A DNA stretch of 34,706 nt, from contig JAWCKV010000004.1 of NCBI GenBank assembly GCA_038851565.1, positions 1 through 34,706 on the forward strand, in the 5' to 3' direction. Below are positions 9,061 to 17,684 of this stretch, piece by piece. This DNA comes from Candidatus Hadarchaeales archaeon (lineage in GTDB: Archaea; Hadarchaeota; Hadarchaeia; Hadarchaeales; Hadarchaeaceae). A program made the translations under genes and the position numbers. The notes beneath the pieces are model-generated. The model ran no database searches and was not told the DNA's origin. It saw nothing but the letters and a program-made list of their open reading frames with translations. Each line of letters starts with the position of its first letter. Position 1 is the first letter of the stretch.

Positions 9061-10014
9061 CTATCTCCACATCTCGTCCTTTATCCACTCCAGCTCGATC
9101 TTGGATGGCGGCCTAGGATAGTTGTAAATCGGCCCCCGTGGCGACTCGTTGAAAAACGGCCTGTTACAGCCCGGACACCCGGAGGTCTGAAATGGCTCCC
9201 CTGAGCTGATTATCTCGTCCAGCGGCTCCTCGTCCATTCCAAAGTGAACGGCCCTGCCCTCCCTAAATTCCATTTGCTCTGACCTTGAAAGCCCATGGGA
9301 GATGAGATATCTAATCACCTGGACCCTCCGGTACGATCCTATCTCCGGTTGGGGTCTCTTTTCCATGGGCGTGCCAATCACCGGAAAAAAAGCGAAGAGG
9401 CCGACATCTATGCCCAGATCGTGCATCCGCTGGATCGTCCTCGCGGCCTCCATCTCGCTCTCACCAAGGCCGACGATCAGATGTGTGGTCGCCTTTCCGA
9501 AAACGTCGCGCGCCTCGACCAGCGCCTCAACGTGCCCCTCCCACGTATAATCCGGGCCCTTTATCCTGGCGAAGAGCAGAGGAGTAGAGCAGTCCAACGG
9601 TATGCACATCCTCTCAGCCCCGGCTTCCTTGAGGTCTTCAATTTTGTCCGCGCTCACTGGGGGAGAACAAACGGAGATCGGTATATCGCACGTCTTGCTC
9701 AGTTTTCTAACGATCTGGAGGGCATCACGAAAAGAATTTTCATGGTTTACCCGCTGTACGCATATCCTCCGGAAACCGGACTCAGCCAGCCTCTCCAGCA
9801 CTTCCTCTGCCCTCCACTCCGGCCAAACCACCCTTGAGATCATCGATGGATCTCCCCTGGCCTCCCTTGCCTTTGGACAGAACCTGCAGTTCGCTGAGCA
9901 TCTCTCCATTCCGTCGAGCATGATGTGGGCGGCGGAGGGGGCCACATCCTGCTTTCCCTCCCAGAGTCCGAGAACAACTCCTGTGCCGAATGCCACCCTC
10001 AGCCGTTCGACCAT
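9061..10014 (-). CDS. lipS2: Radical SAM protein, LipS2-type lipoyl synthase subunit
   Basis: CSANCRFC (CX3CX2C) plus C-terminal TSGCPGCNRP, the LipS2 signature; adjacent to gcvH and lipS1. Confidence 0.85.
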   Translation of the reverse strand: MVERLRVAFGTGVVLGLWEGKQDVAPSAAHIMLDGMERCSANCRFCPKAREARGDPSMISRVVWPEWRAEEVLERLAESGFRRICVQRVNHENSFRDALQIVRKLSKTCDIPISVCSPPVSADKIEDLKEAGAERMCIPLDCSTPLLFARIKGPDYTWEGHVEALVEARDVFGKATTHLIVGLGESEMEAARTIQRMHDLGIDVGLFAFFPVIGTPMEKRPQPEIGSYRRVQVIRYLISHGLSRSEQMEFREGRAVHFGMDEEPLDEIISSGEPFQTSGCPGCNRPFFNESPRGPIYNYPRPPSKIELEWIKDEMWR

Positions 10015-10910
10015 CTGACCCACCCTCTGGCTCCCAGAGGCACCGAGCAGCATGCATCCATCAAGCCAACCCTCATCCCCATCCCGGAGGCAAGCTCAAG
10101 CGTCTTCCGGCTTGGCATCTCCATCCTATCCGCCCCCGCCATCAGAGCTTCCCGCTCATATCTCTCCCTGTCAGCTCCCCTAGGCCTCATGCACCCCAGG
10201 GAGATCTCCCCGGATATCCGCCTCCTCGCCTCTGCGATCAGCTTCCCGACCGCCTTTGGACTCGGGGGACGCATGCCGCCAAAAGCTGTGCCTGAAGGCG
10301 GCACGAAAGCCAGAAAAACAAGGACCTCCGGATCTGCATCCACCGCGATATCAACCGCGCTTTCCCCAAGCAGCTCCCCGCCATGCGCGCCTATGCATAT
10401 GTGGGGGACCACATGGGGGATGTGTCTGCGAAGATCGTTCATGGCTCTCCTGTAGTCGGCGGGAGCTTTGTCAAGTCCGGTCAGGAGCTTTATTGTCCTG
10501 CGGTCGCCAAACAGCTCGAAGTCAACGAGGTCTATTCCTGCCCTGCCAAGTTCCCTGACCAGCCATCCCGGCGGGAGTCCGGTGTGCGCCGCCAGGAACA
10601 GGTTTGTTTCCTCCTTTATTGTTTGTATGACATCGAGGCAAGAATCCAGCGGAACATATCCCTCCTCGTTGCAGCCCCCGCTCAGCATCACGCCAAATGC
10701 CCCGCCTGCCTCCAGATCCCTGCACCTGCCGTACAGCTCCTCGGGTGTCGTGCACGGCATCATCCCCCTCAGGTACCTTCCCTCGCAGCGCGCGCACATG
10801 AGCTCGCAGCTATGGCCTGTTACGGATATCGCCGGGAACCTGTTTCCCGGAAAACTGGCGATGAAATGTCGCTGCTCAGCCTGCGTCCCTCTCACCTCAT
10901 CGCGTTCCAC
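9999..10910 (-). CDS. lipS1: Radical SAM protein, LipS1-type lipoyl synthase subunit
   Basis: FPAISVTGHSCELMCARC, GCMR motif and C-terminal CC (DACCS), the LipS1 signatures. Confidence 0.85.
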   Translation of the reverse strand: MERDEVRGTQAEQRHFIASFPGNRFPAISVTGHSCELMCARCEGRYLRGMMPCTTPEELYGRCRDLEAGGAFGVMLSGGCNEEGYVPLDSCLDVIQTIKEETNLFLAAHTGLPPGWLVRELGRAGIDLVDFELFGDRRTIKLLTGLDKAPADYRRAMNDLRRHIPHVVPHICIGAHGGELLGESAVDIAVDADPEVLVFLAFVPPSGTAFGGMRPPSPKAVGKLIAEARRRISGEISLGCMRPRGADRERYEREALMAGADRMEMPSRKTLELASGMGMRVGLMDACCSVPLGARGWVRWSNG

Positions 10911-11647
10911 TCAACGGATGCATATTTCTTCCTCAGCTCCAGAGCAAGCCTGAGCTCATCGTCCGTCATGTCCCCGTGAAGGATCTCCGCCCCCATGACC
11001 TCCTCGAATCCCCGGATCACGTGCTCCCTCACCTCGCTCACGCCCGGCCTTCTTCCGATCTCCCTTTCCACGGTGGTCACCCTGTCGTAAACGCTCTCTA
11101 TTCCCTTATCCGATATCTTCGCTCCGCCGACCCTGAGGATCTCAAACATTCTCCTCACGTCCGGGGAAATGAGGATGGTCCCGTGCTGCAGGACGCTCCC
11201 CCACCTCCGCGTCTGCGCGCTCCCAGAGATCTTCCTTCCGTTCACCTGGACATCGTTGACCGGCCTGAACTCCGCCCCTATTCCCATCCTCCTTAGCCCG
11301 GCCACCAGTCCCCCGCAGATGAGCCCATAGGACTCCATTATGTCCTCCGGCACATCCTCCTCGCGGCAGACGAAGCTGTACGTTAGTTCGCCTTCTGAGT
11401 CGTGAAAAACCGCCCCGCCCCCGGTGATCCTCCTCACCACATGTACGCCGTATCTCCCCGCTGCATCGAGATCGACCTCTCTGGCCAAACTCTGGAAAAA
11501 ACCTATGGAAACAGCGGAGGGGGTCCATGTCCAGAACCTCAGGGTGCTCGGGTACCTTCCCTCCGAATTGAGCCTGAGCAGGGCCTCATCTATGGCCATG
11601 CTCGTGAAAGCATCATCCCTGCGCATCGGCAAAACCCTGATCCTCAT
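10892..11647 (-). CDS. lplA: Lipoate/octanoate-protein ligase catalytic subunit
   Basis: MAIDEALL, VSIGFFQ, VVRRITGGGAVFHD, NDVQVNGRKISGSAQ, QHGT. Confidence 0.92.
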   Translation of the reverse strand: MRIRVLPMRRDDAFTSMAIDEALLRLNSEGRYPSTLRFWTWTPSAVSIGFFQSLAREVDLDAAGRYGVHVVRRITGGGAVFHDSEGELTYSFVCREEDVPEDIMESYGLICGGLVAGLRRMGIGAEFRPVNDVQVNGRKISGSAQTRRWGSVLQHGTILISPDVRRMFEILRVGGAKISDKGIESVYDRVTTVEREIGRRPGVSEVREHVIRGFEEVMGAEILHGDMTDDELRLALELRKKYASVEWNAMR

Positions 11648-11930
11648 GGCTCCCAGCCGCCTTCATCACGGCCTCAACCCAGTGCTCAACGTCGACCATC
11701 GGCGTCCTGGCGCCGGTCCTATCGTAAAATCTCCTCACGGCTCCCCTCACGGCCTCCCTCTCCACGCACACGCCGATAAGTTCCCTCTCCAGCTCGAAAA
11801 GCGCCTCCTCCGGGTACATGAAGAAGTCCCCGGTGATGGATACGCGTGATATCCTGTTTTCCTCGATGCCCACCTCCACCCTTATCAGTCCCTTCGGGGC
11901 CTTGAAATCCGCCCGTCCCACTACTTCCAC
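11613..11930 (-). CDS. lplB: Lipoate-protein ligase accessory (C-terminal domain) subunit
   Basis: KAPKGLIRV...ISRVSITGDFFMYPEEALFELERELIG resembles the stand-alone LplA C-terminal domain. Confidence 0.85.
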   Translation of the reverse strand: MEVVGRADFKAPKGLIRVEVGIEENRISRVSITGDFFMYPEEALFELERELIGVCVEREAVRGAVRRFYDRTGARTPMVDVEHWVEAVMKAAGSHEDQGFADAQG

Positions 11931-12703
11931 CTCGTGAGTATTTCCTCCCTTCTGAAGGTCGCCTTGCTCAGCAGAAACAGCCCAGCATCCGCGAGCCCCA
12001 GCACCGCAGCAAAGAGCCCGAGCGAGAGCGGGTTGAGGGAAATCGCACCAATCATGTACATCATGTAGAATGCGATGAACGGCAAAATCGGAATTGAGCC
12101 GATCTGCATTGCCGCCCTAACATCGCTCACCTTGGATGAAACTAAAACGCAGAACGAAACTGAAAAGAGGGCCATCAGCGGGCAGTAGACGCAAAGAACT
12201 GCGACGGAGAGGAGATTGGGCAGAAGCAGGTGCCCCAAGGCCTGAAAAGTGAGCACATCCACCACGACTGTGAGGCAGACGAAGGATAAACCCGTGGCGA
12301 GCATTGCCGGAAGGAAGGCACCCAGCATCTTCCCGGCGAGTATTTCGGAATCAGTGACCGGGGTCGCCAGGAGCGGCTCCAGCTGCCTGTTGACCTTCTC
12401 CCCCACGAAGGTGTAGGACGCTATGACCGAGGGCACCATTACCGGGATGACCATGAAAAGCAGGAGAGTCATGTTGACCACCGCCATTACCATTGCCTCC
12501 CTGTACGGTAGGCCTGCCGGGGCAAATGGCGGGAGCTCTTCACTGAGTGGCAGCTCCATGTTCAAAACGGGATAGATGTACACGATGGGCAGGACGACGG
12601 AAAGCACAAGCGGCAGCACGACCATGCCGTAAAGCACATATCTGTGTTTCCTCGCGCTCGCCATGTCCTTCTTCGCAATTTCCCAGACCCTATCTCTCCT
12701 CAT
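11921..12703 (-). CDS. ABC-2 type exporter permease
   Basis: Six hydrophobic segments, motif FVGEKVNRQLEPLLATPVTDSEILAGK. Start taken at MRRDRVWEIAKKD. Confidence 0.88.
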   Translation of the reverse strand: MRRDRVWEIAKKDMASARKHRYVLYGMVVLPLVLSVVLPIVYIYPVLNMELPLSEELPPFAPAGLPYREAMVMAVVNMTLLLFMVIPVMVPSVIASYTFVGEKVNRQLEPLLATPVTDSEILAGKMLGAFLPAMLATGLSFVCLTVVVDVLTFQALGHLLLPNLLSVAVLCVYCPLMALFSVSFCVLVSSKVSDVRAAMQIGSIPILPFIAFYMMYMIGAISLNPLSLGLFAAVLGLADAGLFLLSKATFRREEILTRWK

Positions 12704-13613
12704 TCCTTCCCACCAGCCTGAGGTAGACCTCCTCCAGGACGTTCGGCGGCCTCGTGACATACCTTATCCTCCCGCCCGCCCTCACCACAGCACTGACCAT
12801 GGAAGGATTCACCCTGTCCGGATCCTCCACCTCCACAAGCAGCCTGTTTCCCTCTGCGCTCACCCTCCCCACGCCCCTGACCCTCTTCAGCGCCCTCACA
12901 AACCTCCTGGCCGGACCTTCCAGATGTATCTCCGTTTTGGACCTCCCAAACTGACGCTCCAGCTCCCTCGTGGAACCAACCGCCACCAGCCTCGTGTTCA
13001 GTATTGCCACGCGATCGCAGAGCCTCTCGGCCTCGTAGAGGTTGTGAGTGCACATGACTATCGTTCTCCTCTCCCGCTTCAGCTCCAGCACGAAATCCCT
13101 GACTATCTTCGCAGCATCGGGCGAGAGCGAGGCTGTGGGCTCGTCCAGGAACAGCACATCGGGCTCGTGAACCATCGCCCTTATGATCGCTATCTTCTGC
13201 TGCATGCCCTTCGAAAACCTCCCTATCGGCTCATCCCTCCTTCCCCACAGCCCGACCATCCTGAGCAGCTCCTCTATGTTCCTCCTTTTTCTGGCCTCCG
13301 GGACTCCGTACAGCCTGGCGTAAAAATCTAGGTTTCTGTACGCGCTGAGCTCCGGGTACAGCCCTGGGTTCTCGGGAAGCAGCCCTGTGATCTCCCTTAT
13401 CCTCATCGACTCCCTCCCTATTTCATGCCCTCCGACAAACGCTGTCCCGGATGTGGGCCTCAACAGGCAGCAGAGCATCCTGACCGTGGTTGTCTTCCCC
13501 GCGCCGTTTGGGCCCAGAAGCCCGAATATCTCTCCCCCCCTCACCCGCAGCGTGAGATCCTCAACTGCCGTCGTGCCGTCAAATCTCTTGGTGAGACCTG
13601 CAAGTTCAACCAT
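12690..13613 (-). CDS. ABC exporter ATP-binding protein
   Basis: GPNGAGKTT, FSKGMQQK, LFLDEP, CTH switch. Start overlaps the macrodomain stop (TGATG). Confidence 0.92.
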   Translation of the reverse strand: MVELAGLTKRFDGTTAVEDLTLRVRGGEIFGLLGPNGAGKTTTVRMLCCLLRPTSGTAFVGGHEIGRESMRIREITGLLPENPGLYPELSAYRNLDFYARLYGVPEARKRRNIEELLRMVGLWGRRDEPIGRFSKGMQQKIAIIRAMVHEPDVLFLDEPTASLSPDAAKIVRDFVLELKRERRTIVMCTHNLYEAERLCDRVAILNTRLVAVGSTRELERQFGRSKTEIHLEGPARRFVRALKRVRGVGRVSAEGNRLLVEVEDPDRVNPSMVSAVVRAGGRIRYVTRPPNVLEEVYLRLVGRNEER

Positions 13614-14128
13614 CACTTCAGCTTTTCCAGCCAAGCGCTCACCATCCCCTCGTTCCTGTCGCACAGTATGATCCTCCTAAGGGCCTTTGGCGTGAAGCCC
13701 CTGAGCGCGGAGATCATTGCCTCAGCGGCATCGGCAGACGAAAGCCCACCAACCCCTGTGCCCATCCCGGGCATCACGAGACTTTCCGCCCCAACCTCAT
13801 CCGCACACCTCAGCGCGGCCAGGACGGCCATTCTCACCTTTTCCTGGGTTGTGGGCATCGCTGGCCTCTCCATGGTGGGAGAGTGTATCACCCATCTTGC
13901 GTTGAGCCTGCCCGCGGTTGTCGCAACCGCCCTGCCGACCGGAACCGGGGCATGCCTGAGCGCCTCCTTCTCTATCTCCTCGCCTCCCGCCCTCTTCAGG
14001 GCACCAGCGGCCCCGCCTCCCATGTACATCAGGCTATTCGCGGGATTGCATATCGCGTCTGCGCTCTCCCTCGTTATATCCCCAACGCGAACAATTACCG
14101 TAAATGCCCCTAGATTGAACTCCTCCAT
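13613..14128 (-). CDS. Macro domain (ADP-ribose binding / O-acetyl-ADP-ribose deacetylase) protein
   Basis: GDIT...DAICNPANS..YMGGGAAGAL...VIHSPT...PGMGTGVGG; RBS GAGGTG before MEEFNLG. Confidence 0.9.
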   Translation of the reverse strand: MEEFNLGAFTVIVRVGDITRESADAICNPANSLMYMGGGAAGALKRAGGEEIEKEALRHAPVPVGRAVATTAGRLNARWVIHSPTMERPAMPTTQEKVRMAVLAALRCADEVGAESLVMPGMGTGVGGLSSADAAEAMISALRGFTPKALRRIILCDRNEGMVSAWLEKLK

Positions 14129-14191
14129 GGCACCTCTCCACATTTCTCATGAGGTTTCTTAACTCTATACGGCGCTGGATATAACGGGGAC

Positions 14192-14536
14192 ATGATGAGA
14201 GCGAGATTGAGAAATGTGGCCTTCGACTTTCTGTTCGGCGGGCTGCTGGTCGCCGGAGCCCTGCTTGTCGCGGCGTTTCTTGGGCCGACCGCCGGCGGCA
14301 TCCTCGCCGGTGCACCGATAAGGACCGGAGCGGTGATATTTCTCCAGTACCTGCACAAAGGGCTTGAATCGGCCGCGGAGCTGACGAGGGGAGTCCTGGT
14401 GGCGATGATGGCAAATGTGGCCTTTGCCCTTGTGCTATACCTGGTCCTTCCGAGATACGGAATAGTCACGGGCTTTCTGGCATCAGGAGCAACTTTCTGT
14501 GTTGCCGCTGCTGTCCTGAGCCAGCTGGTTCCGTGA
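14192..14536 (+). CDS. Small four-TM membrane protein, DUF3147-like
   Basis: FLFGGLLVAGALLVA...GPTAGGILAGAP pattern with four hydrophobic helices; fills the gap between two minus-strand genes. Confidence 0.6.
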   Translation: MMRARLRNVAFDFLFGGLLVAGALLVAAFLGPTAGGILAGAPIRTGAVIFLQYLHKGLESAAELTRGVLVAMMANVAFALVLYLVLPRYGIVTGFLASGATFCVAAAVLSQLVP

Positions 14537-14537
14537 C

Positions 14538-15362
14538 TCAGGCCCGCCTGCCGAGCAGGACACGAAGGAGCTTTTCAGAGGTATCCTTCAGCCGCGGTTC
14601 TCCCGTACCGGCGCTTTTCACTTCTGACTCTCCCGCTATTACCTTCGCGAGCTCACCCACCGCCCTTGAGGCCTCACAGTCGGGATCGTACACGATGAAT
14701 GGAACCCCTTCGTGCTCGGCCTCCTGCACCTTCGGGTCCTCCGGGATCTCGGCAAGGATCGGCATGTCCCCCACAGCCCTGCCCATGAACGTCTCTATCT
14801 CCTGAACCGTGAGTTCTGCCTTTCCTGTAATCCTGTTTATGACGAGGCCTCTCGCCCAGGTTCCGAGAAGGTTTGCCATCCGGATTATCTTGTGTCCGTC
14901 AACGAGGCTAGTATAGGTTGGGGTCAGAACCGGGATTGTCTCCTGCGCAGCCGCTATCGATATTATCGTGTCGTCGCCTATCCCGGCAGGTGCATCTATC
15001 AGCAGGAACTCGGTCTGGCTGAGGAGCTCCGCGACCGCCTCCTCCACTTTTTCCCTCCTGATGCCTGACAGCACCTCATGGACGTCCTCAAACCTGAACC
15101 CGACCGGCATCACCTTAACTCCGTAATTTTGATAGAGGGCATCTTTCACCTCTGCCCTTCCCATCAGGACATCCTGGAAAGACGGGCTGACCCTGTGCAT
15201 CCCCATAACTATCGCCAGGTTTGCCATTGTAAGATCCGCATCGAGAATCGTGACATCCATCCCCAACGTGCCGAGGGCTATTCCAAGATTGGCTGTTACC
15301 GTCGTCTTGCCGGTCCCGCCCTTCCCAGAGGTTATCGATATGGAGCGCTGCCTCCTCTTCAC
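14538..15362 (-). CDS. minD: MinD/ParA-family ATPase (archaeal MinD type)
   Basis: Deviant Walker A SGKGGTGKTT, LDADLTMANL, LIDAPAG, EIPEDPKV. Confidence 0.85.
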   Translation of the reverse strand: MKRRQRSISITSGKGGTGKTTVTANLGIALGTLGMDVTILDADLTMANLAIVMGMHRVSPSFQDVLMGRAEVKDALYQNYGVKVMPVGFRFEDVHEVLSGIRREKVEEAVAELLSQTEFLLIDAPAGIGDDTIISIAAAQETIPVLTPTYTSLVDGHKIIRMANLLGTWARGLVINRITGKAELTVQEIETFMGRAVGDMPILAEIPEDPKVQEAEHEGVPFIVYDPDCEASRAVGELAKVIAGESEVKSAGTGEPRLKDTSEKLLRVLLGRRA

Positions 15363-15438
15363 TTGCCCCCTCCTCCCAACTATCCCATTTGATGAGGTGT
15401 TATAAAAAGGGAAAATTCATATGAGGACACGGGAGTCG

Positions 15439-15987
15439 ATGGATGCCATTGAGGCAATCCTGAAAAGGAAATCCATTCGCTCGTACTTGCCCGATCCGAT
15501 CCCCCGTGAAAAGCTGATGAGGGTGCTTGAGGCCGGGCGCGCGGCTCCATCTGCAGAAAATCTTCAACCGTGGTACTTTGTGGTGGTGACAGATGAGGAG
15601 AAGAGGAGGCGCATAACAAAGGCGTGCAAGCTCGCGCGCTTTTTGAGGGAGTGCCCGGTGATAATCGTCGGCTGCGGCGATCGGAGGCGCTCTCCAAGAT
15701 GGTATGCAATAGACACCGCGATCGCCATGGAAAACATGGTGATCGCTGCGACCGCGGAGGGACTGGGAACGTGCTGGATCGGGAGCTTTGAAGAGGAGAA
15801 GGTCAAAGAAATCCTAAAAATTCCGGAGAACTTCAGCATAATCTCCCTTCTCGCTGTCGGTTACCCGAGTAGAAAATTGGACTTTTTGGGATCTCTGCTA
15901 CACATCCTCCGGAGGAGGAAAAATCTGAACAAAATAGTCGGGTTCGATGTCTACGGGCAGCCGCGGGGACTGTATCAATCTCGCTGA
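15439..15987 (+). CDS. Nitroreductase family protein
   Basis: RKSIRSY, APSAENLQPWYFVVV, LGTCWIGSF, LLAVGYP. Start taken at MDAIEAI; alternative ATG at 15421. Confidence 0.92.
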   Translation: MDAIEAILKRKSIRSYLPDPIPREKLMRVLEAGRAAPSAENLQPWYFVVVTDEEKRRRITKACKLARFLRECPVIIVGCGDRRRSPRWYAIDTAIAMENMVIAATAEGLGTCWIGSFEEEKVKEILKIPENFSIISLLAVGYPSRKLDFLGSLLHILRRRKNLNKIVGFDVYGQPRGLYQSR

Positions 15988-16991
15988 ACGAGGTGAGGGG
16001 CCTTCTCAAAATATGTTCGGACCGGGGCAAATAATTCTATCAACCCGCTCGCCACTCCTGCCTTTAGGTCAGCCGGGTGGAGCTTGCCCTCTGAATACAG
16101 GTCCCTCAGCTCGGATGTCGTTTCTATCTCTAGCGGCCCTCCGTGTTTTTGTGCTCTCTCTATTTTTAGGGTTCCGAGCCGAGGCAGCACAAGTTGTTCC
16201 GCATACTCGATAACTGGGTTGCCGTCTATCACCCTCGGTGGGCAAAACGCCCTGCCTATTTTCTCCTTTATATGGTTCGGGGGATCCCTCACCGATATGA
16301 AGTTCCCTCTGCTGGAAGACATCTTCTCTGAACCATCTATCCCGTGAAGAAGAGGCAGATGAAGACACACCGGCTTTTTGTAGCCTAAGGCAGGCAACTT
16401 CTCTCGAGCGATCATGTGGACCTTTCTCTGATCCTTGCCACCAACTGCTATGTCGACCTTGAGGTGGGCGATATCAACCGCCTGCATGATCGGATAGATC
16501 ACCTGCGCAACATCTGGGTCCTCAACCCTTCTCGCTATCTCCGCCATTGATCTCCTGGCCCTGAGTAAAGTCGTCTGTGTAGCCATCCTCATGACATCAA
16601 TTATATACTCACCATTCATCTGAAATTCAGAACCCAGCCTGAAATCCGTCGTCTTTGGGTCCAGGCCGAGGGCGATGAAACAGTGTTTATTGTACTCCGC
16701 AATCCTTCTTATCTCCTCAAGTTCGCCTTTGCCGTTAAGGTAGGCATGAAGATCCGCCAGGAGAACCGTGACCCTCCCGCCTGCTTTTTGGAGATCCACA
16801 AGCTTGAATGCCGTCAGGACGTGCCCGAAGTGTATTTCTCCCGAGGGCTCATAGCCGCAATAGGCTGAAAACGTGCCCTTCGAAACCATTTCCCTTAGTT
16901 CTTCTTCTGTCACTATTTCAGATGAGCCACGGGATACCAACCGCAACTTCTCTTCCATCTCCACAAACACACCATGAGAAACTCGCTCCAT
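15975..16991 (-). CDS. tyrS: Tyrosine--tRNA ligase, archaeal type (true start may be 16958)
   Basis: YCGYEPSGEIHFGH, LLADLHAYLN, YPIMQAVD, GGKDQRKVHM, KMSSS, LHPADLK. Confidence 0.95.
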   Translation of the reverse strand: MERVSHGVFVEMEEKLRLVSRGSSEIVTEEELREMVSKGTFSAYCGYEPSGEIHFGHVLTAFKLVDLQKAGGRVTVLLADLHAYLNGKGELEEIRRIAEYNKHCFIALGLDPKTTDFRLGSEFQMNGEYIIDVMRMATQTTLLRARRSMAEIARRVEDPDVAQVIYPIMQAVDIAHLKVDIAVGGKDQRKVHMIAREKLPALGYKKPVCLHLPLLHGIDGSEKMSSSRGNFISVRDPPNHIKEKIGRAFCPPRVIDGNPVIEYAEQLVLPRLGTLKIERAQKHGGPLEIETTSELRDLYSEGKLHPADLKAGVASGLIELFAPVRTYFEKAPHLVQRD

Positions 16992-16994
16992 TGG

Positions 16995-17372
16995 CTAAAA
17001 GTCTTCCCTGCGCCTCCAAGCCCTTGATTTCCACTGCAGGACGAGTTCCTTCCACTTTTCAAATTTTTCTGATTTGCGCCCACCAACTCCCCTCGAAAGA
17101 AGATTTGCCAGCTGGATCAGCTCTTCTTTCTTTCTTATCTCCAGACGGTGTAGGTTTCCTCTTTTTATCACCTTCCCCACCCCCAAGATACTCCTGGCCA
17201 TTTCCACTGGAAATTCGTCCTTAGAATCTGCATAAAACACTGGGTTATTGTAAAGGTATGTCTTTTCTCCTTTTTTTGTGATCTTTTTTATAACTATTTT
17301 ATTTACGGAGAAAACCCCCTTAATCTCCACAAAGGCCGTGATCCACCCCAAATCGAATTCTTTTATTGTCAT
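16995..17372 (-). CDS. Free-standing single-motif LAGLIDADG-fold protein with degenerate catalytic motif
   Basis: LGWITAFVEIKGVFSV aligns with I-CreI-type YLAGFVDGDGSI; later ILGVGKV and a K-rich C-terminal helix fit the fold. The catalytic Asp position is Lys. Confidence 0.65.
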   Translation of the reverse strand: MTIKEFDLGWITAFVEIKGVFSVNKIVIKKITKKGEKTYLYNNPVFYADSKDEFPVEMARSILGVGKVIKRGNLHRLEIRKKEELIQLANLLSRGVGGRKSEKFEKWKELVLQWKSRAWRRREDF

Positions 17373-17684
17373 ATTTATACCATATATTTATCATAACTAA
17401 ACAAATTAATTAAATAAATGGTTCCAGTGGAAACAAAGGGGTAGGGGATCATCGTCCGGTAAGTTTCAAAATAAAACATCAGAATATAAATCAATAAATT
17501 TCAGTTCCAACCAAGATAACGCCTTAGTTACTTTTAAAAAACATTTTAAATCAATAAATAATCTAAATGACAATTCTTATTTTGAATATCATTAAAAAAA
17601 AGAAAATAATAAAAAAACGGTTTTATCATAATCCAGCTACCCCTCTCCCCGATCTTCCCATATACAAAAAAAGAAGAGCCTAGC
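17373..17684. other. Candidate replication origin (oriC): ORB plus AT-rich unwinding element
   Basis: Canonical ORB at 17421-17441, very AT-rich 17460-17630, and gene orientation switches from mostly minus to mostly plus here. Confidence 0.75.
17421..17441 (+). promoter_or_regulatory. Origin recognition box (ORB) with G-string
   Basis: GTTCCAGTGGAAACAAAGGGG matches the archaeal ORB consensus (TTCCAGTGGAAA dyad plus G-string). Confidence 0.85.

Noticed and set aside
16820..16835. TyrRS HIGH motif reading HFGH
   Set aside because: Within normal variation for class I synthetases; the other tyrosine-binding motifs look standard
16957..16967. 11-mer ATCTCCACAAA repeated at 16957 and 17323
   Set aside because: Short, both copies encode the same FVE peptide, and the 16957 copy has no G-string; could be chance
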